Shown here piece after piece: positions 35,780-46,634 of a stretch of 64,000 nt of DNA (positions are counted from its first letter, which is position 1; every line of letters begins with the position of its first letter). The translations under genes and the position numbers were made by a program. The notes under the pieces were generated by a model. The model searched no databases, was not told where the DNA came from, and saw only the letters and a list, made by a program, of their open reading frames with translations. The DNA comes from Naegleria gruberi. Taxonomy: Eukaryota. The DNA lies in the NCBI GenBank assembly GCA_000004985.1, contig GG738888.1; one strand, 5' to 3'.

Positions 35780-35801
35780 ATATTTAGTAATACTGGTGAA
35801 G
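35780..35801. repeat. 5' target-site duplication of the LINE (22 bp, atatttagtaatactggtgaag)
   Basis: Exact 22-bp match to 40647-40668. Confidence 0.7.
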
Positions 35802-35815
35802 GGGGTTAAAAAAAA

Positions 35816-37171
35816 ATGTCTAGACGTAAAAAACTACAACAACAACCGGAACCAGCCACTCCAAGGAAGAATGGTTCTGCCTCTAATTCCGATGCCGCTT
35901 CATCTACTCAAGCTACTCCTACCAAGTCATCTGGTAGCAAGTCTCCAACCAAGTCTCCTGGCAAAACAGGTGCCAGCAAGTCTCCTAGCAAACCTGCTAG
36001 CATTCCGAAGACGAAGTCAAAAGCCGATACTCTCGTACATCACTCCTTCCCTTCCTACAAGCGTAGGTTTAGGGTCCTTCTGGCAGGTTTTCCTGAAGGG
36101 AGTAATCAACAGCAGGTGCTTGAGCACTTTAACATTGATTTAAATAGTGTTTATGGTGTTCAATTGACCTCGGATGTCAAAAGTGTGGCATTTGTCTACT
36201 TCATCAGCCATGAACTTGCTGTAAAGGCTGTTAGTGTCAATCGGGAGGATCTCAAATCTGCTACTATTTCTAAATTGTTATATGTTGGTGGTATTGTTGT
36301 AAATAATCTTTCCTTCAATCCCAGAAAAAACAAACCTTCTCTTATGACCAGAGTGAAAGAGCTTATCCAAGAAACTGCCACCAAAGGTACTGCTGTTGAC
36401 CTGAAGCACCTTGCCACCAATTCAAGTCTCGAAATGTTGGAGAAAAGAGTGAAAACTCTTGAATCCTGCGTGAAGAGCTTAGAGGAAGAGAACTCCGCTT
36501 TGAAATCTAATTTGGAGAAATTGGTGAACAAAGAAGATTTTAAAAATGATATGAATCAAGTTAATATCAAAACCACCAATGTTGGCAAGGATCTTTCTGA
36601 CTTCAAATCCTTTATGGATGGGGAATTGAAAAACAACGGCTCACGTATGAAACATCTTAATGACTCAATGACGGACATTAATGAAAATATTAACAAGCTT
36701 AAAGAATCCATCCAGTCTGCTGTAGAGAAAGTCAAGTCTGACTTTTCTAGTGAAATCAAATCCCTTCACAGTGATCTCTCCTTAAAGAAAAAAGATGTCG
36801 AAACTCTATTAAATAGTTTTAAAATGGATTTAAACAAACTCAAAAAGGACAGATCAGACTCCGAATTTTCAATCAGCTCTCAAATTCAGGCCCTTCAAAA
36901 GTCTATAGATGGAGTCAACTCTAACGAGGGAGGAATAAGTAAGTTCGTTTCCCAAACAGTAGATGACGACTTGGATTTGGATAGGAAAAACAGTTTATTC
37001 CAAACTCCAAGAAAGAAGTCTGTTTCTATTAGGAAAAAGAAAAAACTAGGCAGTCCTTTTAAGTCTGCTATTGTTCTTCGAAACGTGAATCTGAGAGTTT
37101 CCACTACTAAGGCAGCCGATTCCCCATGTATGGCTGTAGATAAAAGTGAACTCTCAGAGGAGGACAATTAA
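35816..37171 (+). CDS. LINE ORF1 protein (nucleic-acid-binding, RRM-like + coiled-coil)
   Basis: 451-aa ATG-initiated ORF directly upstream of the endonuclease/RT ORF. The region FRVLLAGFPEG...VAFVYFISHELAVKAV is RRM-like, followed by a heptad-repeat segment. Confidence 0.6.
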   Translation: MSRRKKLQQQPEPATPRKNGSASNSDAASSTQATPTKSSGSKSPTKSPGKTGASKSPSKPASIPKTKSKADTLVHHSFPSYKRRFRVLLAGFPEGSNQQQVLEHFNIDLNSVYGVQLTSDVKSVAFVYFISHELAVKAVSVNREDLKSATISKLLYVGGIVVNNLSFNPRKNKPSLMTRVKELIQETATKGTAVDLKHLATNSSLEMLEKRVKTLESCVKSLEEENSALKSNLEKLVNKEDFKNDMNQVNIKTTNVGKDLSDFKSFMDGELKNNGSRMKHLNDSMTDINENINKLKESIQSAVEKVKSDFSSEIKSLHSDLSLKKKDVETLLNSFKMDLNKLKKDRSDSEFSISSQIQALQKSIDGVNSNEGGISKFVSQTVDDDLDLDRKNSLFQTPRKKSVSIRKKKKLGSPFKSAIVLRNVNLRVSTTKAADSPCMAVDKSELSEEDN

Positions 37172-37185
37172 ACATCACCTTAGAA

Positions 37186-40100
37186 TGGCCAGTTGCAACC
37201 TCTCGTCCTTTTCAATCGACAAACAGGCCATTCTTCTTCACCACATCAAGAACGAGAGGCTTGATGTTATTAACATCCAAGAATCGCACTGGGACTCCAG
37301 CGTGTTCAAGGATAATGTTAGTAAGGCTGCTAAGTTCTTTTCCCCTTGCAAGATTTATGGAACTCCATGTAGTCCAAATGATAAGGCAGCCGGAATCCTC
37401 ACTATTATCAAAGGTACTCTGCATTGAAAGGTAATTTCTTTTGAAGTGCTAGTTTCAGGCAGAGTTTCATGTTTAAAATTAGAAACTGATTATGGTGTTG
37501 TCAACATCATTAATTGGTACGGTGTGCAAAAGTATAGTAGTGAATTCCAGAACATCTTAACTAAGCTCTCAGAGTATTTACTGGAAGCTATGTTTCACTC
37601 GGAACATGTTATTATAATGGGTGACCTTAATATCAACACCTTGTTTGGCTCGGAGAAGAGGAAAGCGAGCGCCTTCAATGAATGGTTACAAGTATTTAAC
37701 CTGAATGATCTTGTTCCATGTCCGACTCGCCCCTCTTTTAAGTCTAGTAGAGGTAGCAAGAAGCCATATTCTACCAGACCAGATCATATTGTTAGCTCCC
37801 TACTCTCCAGCCAACTGTGGGATGTTGAAATGTTTCTTCAACACAAAATGGTCTGTGCTGAGTTTCAATTATTCGATTTGGAGAGCACTGCTAAATTTGA
37901 GGAGGTTTTCTATATGTCTAAATTCAATAACAAAGCGTTTACTGAGAATCTAGACTGCATCAATTCAAAGATTGCTTCCTTTTCAGGAAAAGATCTTCAA
38001 TCCTTCTTAACTGAGCTGTGCTCTCAGTATCATTCGCCGATTAGGAAATCTCCTTTGATTACTGATATTAAAGAATATAGAGATTTAGAGCGTATTCGGA
38101 GGGCTCTCCAAAAGGCTAAATGGTCTAACCGACCGAATAAGATAGCCAAGGAATTTATGGCTACTGTTGGTGTAGATAATGCAACTGTAGCCTATAAAGA
38201 TGTGGTGAAGAAACAACAGAACGTTATCCTCAGTGCTCTTAAAGCTAGAAAAGAGGCCTTCAAAAAGGCAGTTAATAACCTTAAAAGTAGTGTTCCTTAT
38301 AGATACGCGTTTAAATCGGAGCGTAACTCTAGCTCTGTGTTTAAAATCTCTGATCCAACTCAAGTCACGGAACACTTTGAAAAGATGTTCAATACTGCAC
38401 TCGGAGACTCTAATTTGGATGAGAAATTAATCACAGGACACCCCAAACTTGCAGAATTTAGGGTCCCACCTGCTAACCCAGGTTTGCTTGCGAATGTGGT
38501 TAGCCGGATGAAACACTCAATGCCTGGTAGTGATAAGGTGCCAATGATTGTTTTCAAATCTATGAATGAAGATGCTCTCCTTACAGTGTGTTCAATCTTT
38601 AACAAAATCCTTGTTGATGGTAACCCCATCCCTGATTCTTGGAAAGCAGGTCTGCTACTTCCCTTACCTAAAAACTCGAATCCCAAATCACTCTCTGACT
38701 TCAGACCTATTGTTGTTCTCCCTATTATTTATAGAATTTTTTCTTCCTATGTTAACTACCACCTCATGAACAAGGTGGACGAGGAAAAAGTGATTCACTC
38801 AGCCCAAAGGCTTCAAACGCCTTGCCTCAACTACTGACCAGCTCGTGGTGGTCAAGTCTATCATTTCCGAATATAGAAAAACAAAGAAACCATTATTCAT
38901 GTGCACCCTCGATATTAAGAATGCATATGGAAGTGTGGTCCATAGCAAGTTGAAATCTATCCTTCCCAGGATAGGTTTTAATGAGTCAGTAACCAATCTT
39001 GTTATGAAAATGGTTACGGGGCACAGAATCAAAGTGCTTGCTAATGGCTCAACATCACCAGCTTTTGAAGCAAGGTTTGGAGTCCCACAAGGGGATCCTA
39101 TTAGCCCTCTTGTGTTCAATCAATACTTTAACACTGTTACTTCAGTGATTGATTCATATCAAGGAGCTTCCATTTGCGGAGAAAAAGTAGTTCTCCTTCT
39201 ATATGCAGACGATATCTTGGTTCTTTCTGAATCAGCTTCGGAATTAACCAATATACTTACTGTATTAAACTCAATAGCCCTACAGCTAGGGTTGCACTTC
39301 GCCACTCACAAGTGCAAAGTATTTGGTATCACTGCATCTGGCCTCAGATCTCGAGCAAAAGTTTACCTAAATGGTACTAACATTAATAGTTCTAAGAATA
39401 ATCCGTTAGAGTATCTGGGTGCCTCCTTTATTAATAACATGTCTTGGTCTCCCTCCGATGATAAGGTTCTCTTAAAAGTTGAATCCAGATTACTAAATTT
39501 CAGACCAAAACACTTGAGACTCGGTCCAATGAGGAACGTAATATTATCTAAGGTGCTTTCTGTACCTAGATACCTCTCAAGCGTAGATGCTATTCCACTT
39601 TCACTATTGGAAAAATTGGAAGTCAAAATTAGTGGAATTATTAAGAAAAGAATTGGATGTGACAACAGGCTCTCTAAAGCCGTTATATATGGTGATAAAT
39701 CCCAGGGTGGACTTGGGCTTTCATCTCCAGTTGATATTAGTCACGTGGAAAGGATGGCATCTGTCTGTAGGTTTGTCAATTCTACCTCTCCTATCACCCA
39801 AAAAATCGCAAGAGCCATGATAAATAAGGCGCTCAAGGGTGAAACTACAGATTCACTGTGGAAAAATACTGCCGCTACAATGAAAGATCTGAAATATTAC
39901 TTCAAATCCACAGATAATGGATGGGTCTTGTGTAACCGTACCAATCACAAGCCTGTCTCCAACCTTAGAAATGCTATCATTGAAACTCAGCGATCCAAGA
40001 AAATTATTAATAAGTTGGGCCAATTAGACAATGACTATAATTGGCATAATTGCACTCTCTCCTTCTGGAGAAACTCTCTCTTGTCTTATTATCAGCAAAG

Positions 40101-40557
40101 ACTCCTCTACTTTAATCTCCACCACTCAATTTTACTAGGTAACGACAGTATTTGTGACAAATGTAATGTCAAGGAAGATTGGACCCACGTATTCCAAACT
40201 TGTCCCAAATGCAATCCTGAAAAGGATGAACTGTATGCCACATGGGACGCTATCTCCCAGAAATTTAGCCTTAACAAGATTCGTTTCCCTCCTGATATCT
40301 CAGAATCCTCTCAACTTAGGATAGAATTTGATGGTCGTTGCTCCCGTAATGACTGGCTTAACTGGTCTAAGCGCAAAAGAATACCTAAGAATGTGGCCCT
40401 AGAAGTCTACAAAGCACTAGCTATTTATTTGGAAAATTGCTACAAGAACTCAGTGTGGTACAACCGTCCCAATGCAAGCTTCACTATTAACAGGAAATAC
40501 CTCTCTGCCTACCACAGGCAAGCTCAGTCTAACCAACCACTTAGCATCAACCCATAA
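37186..40557 (+). pseudogene. LINE ORF2 (AP-endonuclease + reverse transcriptase + Cys-rich C-terminal domain), disrupted by an in-frame TGA (37425-37427) and a 1-nt frameshift near 38800-38815
   Basis: ATG at 37186 (MASCNLSSFSIDKQ...). Track ORFs 37146.. and 37446.. share a frame and are separated by one stop only. ORF 38845.. is in the +1 frame, and the shift falls inside the RT finger/palm region (...HSAQ / KGFKRLASTTDQL...). This is either an inactive copy or assembly errors. Confidence 0.6.
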
Positions 40558-40646
40558 CACTTAAACGCTGAACCGAAACTTACTGGTTGTAGACCTCGTC
40601 TCTCAGGTCTTTACGATACAAGAGACGTTAATAAATATTACAATTT

Positions 40647-40668
40647 ATATTTAGTAATACTGGTGAAG
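40647..40668. repeat. 3' target-site duplication of the LINE (22 bp)
   Basis: Exact 22-bp match to 35780-35801, immediately after the element 3' end. Confidence 0.7.
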
Positions 40669-40889
40669 TCTTTGCATATTACTTCCACAAATATTACTTC
40701 CACAAGTACTATATTATTAAATTGATGAATGATGTTTGGTGAAGAATAGATGCTGAAATAATCATTGCTCTATATATTTATATATTGTTGTATTTTTTTA
40801 GAAAATTAATACCAATCAATTTGAACACCAAAAAATATTCAACAAATGGTCCTCTATGTACATGATGATTCTAGGAGTGGTTTTACATA

Positions 40890-41440
40890 ATGAAAGCACC
40901 AAACTTTCACATCATCATCTCAACATCATCTAAATAGTAGTAATAGTAGAAATTTTTATTGGTGGATTATCATCATGAAGTTAGAATTTATTTTTCATGA
41001 TGGAAAATCTCAAGTTGGTGTTCCATCATCGGATCATTCACCAACCATCATCATTATTGTTTTCCATCCAAATAATAATAGTATTTGTGGAAATTAATTT
41101 TGATGTTTTTGGTTGAAATGTCAAAATTTTCACTAAATTCATCATCACTGCTGAATCTACTGAACAAGTTGGAAAACTGTCAATGTAGTATTGTTCGGAA
41201 TGGTCAATAGTAGGTATGAGAACTTTCTCTTATCAATTTTGGTCAAGTTATGATAGGGTTAGGTACATTGTGAATTTTGAAAAAGTACATATCATAACTC
41301 AACATGTACTTCACCAACTTGAATCTTGTCTTTTAGTACTACTATTTAAATAGATAATAAACATCATATTTATTATCAAACATACATGTACCACTACCAT
41401 CACCAACTTGAATACATTATGTTGAAAAAAAAATCTTCAT
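40890..41440. repeat. Diverged ~550-bp non-coding repeat unit, copy 1 (catcatc-rich motifs, conserved cores such as tcaacatgtacttcaccaacttgaa)
   Basis: Aligns by eye at ~75% identity with 41640-42200. Shared blocks: aaatagtagta.taatagta, caagttggt..catcatcgga, ccaaccatcatcatt.tt.tt, aatagtaatatttgtggaaat, ttttcactaaa.tcatcatcac, tctcaacatgtacttcaccaacttgaa, ataataaaca..atatttattatca. Confidence 0.6.
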
Positions 41441-41639
41441 CTCATCATTGCTGATTATCTTCATCATTTCAATACCTGATGTTATAGGCGAAAAAAAACT
41501 GTTCGCATAATTGAGCTATGCGAAAAATATCTTTGGACATACCGATCCTTAGTTATAATCAACAAGAACTTAGAAAAATATTTCAAAAATATTGACAACA
41601 AGTAAGTCCATCACGACTCTGTTGATTCTTGGAGTAGTT

Positions 41640-42200
41640 TCACATCTATTAACTCCAAGAATTTCACCACATCATCTCATCATCATTTAAATAGTAGTAT
41701 TAATAGTAATTTTTGGAATTTAATTGTTCATCATGATTTGGAAATAATTTTATTATTTGGAAAAATTCAAGTTGGTACATCATCATCGGAACAACTACCA
41801 ACCATCATCATTGTTATTTACCATCATTATAATAGTAATATTTGTGGAAATAAATCTGATAATAATAATATTTTAGTGAAATTCAATATTTTCACTAAAA
41901 TCATCATCACCGCCAGATTTATATGATAATTTGGAAAACTTTCAATCTAGTATTGTTCAGCATGGTCGATTCCATCAGGTAAAATTACTTCCGAATATTT
42001 TCCTATTGGTTATCATGATGATAGGTTCATGTATATTTTCAACATGTACATATACCATATCTCAACATGTACTTCACCAACTTGAAAAATGTCTTTCGTC
42101 ACTACTATTCAAATACATAATAAACAATATATTTATTATCAGATTTTTATCATTTTGTGTTTTTGCCAACTTCGGGTTATTCATGGTCACCAATCATGAT
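41640..42200. repeat. Diverged ~550-bp non-coding repeat unit, copy 2; partial third copy near 42530-42720
   Basis: See copy 1. The 42540-42700 segment repeats the catcatc / aatagta / tttaat.tcatcatc blocks. Confidence 0.55.
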
Positions 42201-43110
42201 CCATGCCAAAAGTACACAGCCAATCATCTTGAAACATTAATAAACTTTTATTAGTATTATTGTAGATGTACTATATAAATTATTTCGTCTTGTTTCGTTG
42301 AAATCATGAAGATTTGGATTTTGCTGTTTTTCATTAAATTTCACATCACCTACACCATATTTGTTGATGTAAGCTAGACTAGTTACATGTACATAATCAA
42401 TGGTTGATTCTCTAATCATGTTTTAGTGTTGTTTTGTGTATTTAGGATTTTGAAATCTTGAGAATTATCCTGAGGTTATTCTTCATATAAATATGATTCC
42501 TCACTTCATGATATGAGGAGGGATTGATATCATGATTATTTGGAAGTGTTGTACAAATATTCAATGTACATCATCTTTGGATATCCATCAATAGTAGAAT
42601 AGTAATTTTATTGTTTGAAATTTTAATCATCATCAAGAAATTTAATATCATCATCCTTGGTCAAATTTCAAAGCAATAAATACATCTCGGATGTTTTTAG
42701 AACAGGTTAATTTGTTGTTCTAATAGTATTTAAATAGTATTCCGCAAGTTTACTCTTTAAAATTATTTTTATTTGGCTCAAAGTCGATTTTTCATCAAAC
42801 TCTACACATCTTGTTCAGAATGGTAACAATTTATGTGGGGTCAATTTTGGGGATTGGATTCTTGTCTTCATTGGTATGGATTTACATACACCATACTCAT
42901 CCCTACTTTCTTCAATAGTATGGTCATTTTGGAGGTTTCATCAATAACCACGATTGGAGCAACCAACAATAAACTAGTGTTTTCCATCAATATACTTACA
43001 CCTTTTATTTGTTTTCCATCAATATACTGAGTATTTATTTAATTATTACATGTTGTATCGTAAGTCTTGTATCGGAATACATCAAGATCATCGATATACT
43101 GGTGTGTACA

Positions 43111-46100
43111 TNNNNNNNNNNNNNNNNNNNNNNNNNNNNNNNNNNNNNNNNNNNNNNNNNNNNNNNNNNNNNNNNNNNNNNNNNNNNNNNNNNNNNNNNN
43201 NNNNNNNNNNNNNNNNNNNNNNNNNNNNNNNNNNNNNNNNNNNNNNNNNNNNNNNNNNNNNNNNNNNNNNNNNNNNNNNNNNNNNNNNNNNNNNNNNNNN
43301 NNNNNNNNNNNNNNNNNNNNNNNNNNNNNNNNNNNNNNNNNNNNNNNNNNNNNNNNNNNNNNNNNNNNNNNNNNNNNNNNNNNNNNNNNNNNNNNNNNNN
43401 NNNNNNNNNNNNNNNNNNNNNNNNNNNNNNNNNNNNNNNNNNNNNNNNNNNNNNNNNNNNNNNNNNNNNNNNNNNNNNNNNNNNNNNNNNNNNNNNNNNN
43501 NNNNNNNNNNNNNNNNNNNNNNNNNNNNNNNNNNNNNNNNNNNNNNNNNNNNNNNNNNNNNNNNNNNNNNNNNNNNNNNNNNNNNNNNNNNNNNNNNNNN
43601 NNNNNNNNNNNNNNNNNNNNNNNNNNNNNNNNNNNNNNNNNNNNNNNNNNNNNNNNNNNNNNNNNNNNNNNNNNNNNNNNNNNNNNNNNNNNNNNNNNNN
43701 NNNNNNNNNNNNNNNNNNNNNNNNNNNNNNNNNNNNNNNNNNNNNNNNNNNNNNNNNNNNNNNNNNNNNNNNNNNNNNNNNNNNNNNNNNNNNNNNNNNN
43801 NNNNNNNNNNNNNNNNNNNNNNNNNNNNNNNNNNNNNNNNNNNNNNNNNNNNNNNNNNNNNNNNNNNNNNNNNNNNNNNNNNNNNNNNNNNNNNNNNNNN
43901 NNNNNNNNNNNNNNNNNNNNNNNNNNNNNNNNNNNNNNNNNNNNNNNNNNNNNNNNNNNNNNNNNNNNNNNNNNNNNNNNNNNNNNNNNNNNNNNNNNNN
44001 NNNNNNNNNNNNNNNNNNNNNNNNNNNNNNNNNNNNNNNNNNNNNNNNNNNNNNNNNNNNNNNNNNNNNNNNNNNNNNNNNNNNNNNNNNNNNNNNNNNN
44101 NNNNNNNNNNNNNNNNNNNNNNNNNNNNNNNNNNNNNNNNNNNNNNNNNNNNNNNNNNNNNNNNNNNNNNNNNNNNNNNNNNNNNNNNNNNNNNNNNNNN
44201 NNNNNNNNNNNNNNNNNNNNNNNNNNNNNNNNNNNNNNNNNNNNNNNNNNNNNNNNNNNNNNNNNNNNNNNNNNNNNNNNNNNNNNNNNNNNNNNNNNNN
44301 NNNNNNNNNNNNNNNNNNNNNNNNNNNNNNNNNNNNNNNNNNNNNNNNNNNNNNNNNNNNNNNNNNNNNNNNNNNNNNNNNNNNNNNNNNNNNNNNNNNN
44401 NNNNNNNNNNNNNNNNNNNNNNNNNNNNNNNNNNNNNNNNNNNNNNNNNNNNNNNNNNNNNNNNNNNNNNNNNNNNNNNNNNNNNNNNNNNNNNNNNNNN
44501 NNNNNNNNNNNNNNNNNNNNNNNNNNNNNNNNNNNNNNNNNNNNNNNNNNNNNNNNNNNNNNNNNNNNNNNNNNNNNNNNNNNNNNNNNNNNNNNNNNNN
44601 NNNNNNNNNNNNNNNNNNNNNNNNNNNNNNNNNNNNNNNNNNNNNNNNNNNNNNNNNNNNNNNNNNNNNNNNNNNNNNNNNNNNNNNNNNNNNNNNNNNN
44701 NNNNNNNNNNNNNNNNNNNNNNNNNNNNNNNNNNNNNNNNNNNNNNNNNNNNNNNNNNNNNNNNNNNNNNNNNNNNNNNNNNNNNNNNNNNNNNNNNNNN
44801 NNNNNNNNNNNNNNNNNNNNNNNNNNNNNNNNNNNNNNNNNNNNNNNNNNNNNNNNNNNNNNNNNNNNNNNNNNNNNNNNNNNNNNNNNNNNNNNNNNNN
44901 NNNNNNNNNNNNNNNNNNNNNNNNNNNNNNNNNNNNNNNNNNNNNNNNNNNNNNNNNNNNNNNNNNNNNNNNNNNNNNNNNNNNNNNNNNNNNNNNNNNN
45001 NNNNNNNNNNNNNNNNNNNNNNNNNNNNNNNNNNNNNNNNNNNNNNNNNNNNNNNNNNNNNNNNNNNNNNNNNNNNNNNNNNNNNNNNNNNNNNNNNNNN
45101 NNNNNNNNNNNNNNNNNNNNNNNNNNNNNNNNNNNNNNNNNNNNNNNNNNNNNNNNNNNNNNNNNNNNNNNNNNNNNNNNNNNNNNNNNNNNNNNNNNNN
45201 NNNNNNNNNNNNNNNNNNNNNNNNNNNNNNNNNNNNNNNNNNNNNNNNNNNNNNNNNNNNNNNNNNNNNNNNNNNNNNNNNNNNNNNNNNNNNNNNNNNN
45301 NNNNNNNNNNNNNNNNNNNNNNNNNNNNNNNNNNNNNNNNNNNNNNNNNNNNNNNNNNNNNNNNNNNNNNNNNNNNNNNNNNNNNNNNNNNNNNNNNNNN
45401 NNNNNNNNNNNNNNNNNNNNNNNNNNNNNNNNNNNNNNNNNNNNNNNNNNNNNNNNNNNNNNNNNNNNNNNNNNNNNNNNNNNNNNNNNNNNNNNNNNNN
45501 NNNNNNNNNNNNNNNNNNNNNNNNNNNNNNNNNNNNNNNNNNNNNNNNNNNNNNNNNNNNNNNNNNNNNNNNNNNNNNNNNNNNNNNNNNNNNNNNNNNN
45601 NNNNNNNNNNNNNNNNNNNNNNNNNNNNNNNNNNNNNNNNNNNNNNNNNNNNNNNNNNNNNNNNNNNNNNNNNNNNNNNNNNNNNNNNNNNNNNNNNNNN
45701 NNNNNNNNNNNNNNNNNNNNNNNNNNNNNNNNNNNNNNNNNNNNNNNNNNNNNNNNNNNNNNNNNNNNNNNNNNNNNNNNNNNNNNNNNNNNNNNNNNNN
45801 NNNNNNNNNNNNNNNNNNNNNNNNNNNNNNNNNNNNNNNNNNNNNNNNNNNNNNNNNNNNNNNNNNNNNNNNNNNNNNNNNNNNNNNNNNNNNNNNNNNN
45901 NNNNNNNNNNNNNNNNNNNNNNNNNNNNNNNNNNNNNNNNNNNNNNNNNNNNNNNNNNNNNNNNNNNNNNNNNNNNNNNNNNNNNNNNNNNNNNNNNNNN
46001 NNNNNNNNNNNNNNNNNNNNNNNNNNNNNNNNNNNNNNNNNNNNNNNNNNNNNNNNNNNNNNNNNNNNNNNNNNNNNNNNNNNNNNNNNNNNNNNNNNNN

Positions 46101-46634
46101 NNNNNNNNNNNNNNNNNNNNNNNNNNNNNNNNNNNNNNNNNNNNNNNNNNNNNNNNNNNNNNNNNNNNNNNNNNNNNNNNNNNNNNNNNNNNNNNNNNNN
46201 NNNNNNNNNNNNNNNNNNNNNNNNNNNNNNNNNNNNNNNNNNNNNNNNNNNNNNNNNNNNNNNNNNNNNNNNNNNNNNNNNNNNNNNNNNNNNNNNNNNN
46301 NNNNNNNNNNNNNNNNNNNNNNNNNNNNNNNNNNNNNNNNNNNNNNNNNNNNNNNNNNNNNNNNNNNNNNNNNNNNNNNNNNNNNNNNNNNNNNNNNNNN
46401 NNNNNNNNNNNNNNNNNNNNNNNNNNNNNNNNNNNNNNNNNNNNNNNNNNNNNNNNNNNNNNNNNNNNNNNNNNNNNNNNNNNNNNNNNNNNNNNNNNNN
46501 NNNNNNNNNNNNNNNNNNNNNNNNNNNNNNNNNNNNNNNNNNNNNNNNNNNNNNNNNNNNNNNNNNNNNNNNNNNNNNNNNNNNNNNNNNNNNNNNNNNN
46601 NNNNNNNNNNNNNNNNNNNNNNNNNNNNNNNNNN
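43111..46634. other. Assembly gap (3524 N)
   Basis: Run of N. By homology with the downstream copy, it hides the 5' ~5 kb of gene copy A. Confidence 1.

Larger units (their letters stand above)
35802..40646 (+). mobile_element. L1-clade-like non-LTR retrotransposon (LINE), ~4.85 kb, ORF1 + APE/RT ORF2, degenerate copy
   Basis: Flanked by the identical 22-bp direct repeat atatttagtaatactggtgaag at 35780-35801 and 40647-40668, taken as a target-site duplication. ORF1 (35816..37171) has a basic Ser/Pro-rich N-terminus, an RRM-like fold and a coiled coil. ORF2 has apurinic-endonuclease motifs (INIQESHWD, GDLNIN), RT motifs (FMCTLDIKNAYGSV, LLLYADDILVLS) and a C-terminal CX2CX10HX4C..CPKC Cys-rich domain typical of L1-like elements. 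Confidence 0.8.
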
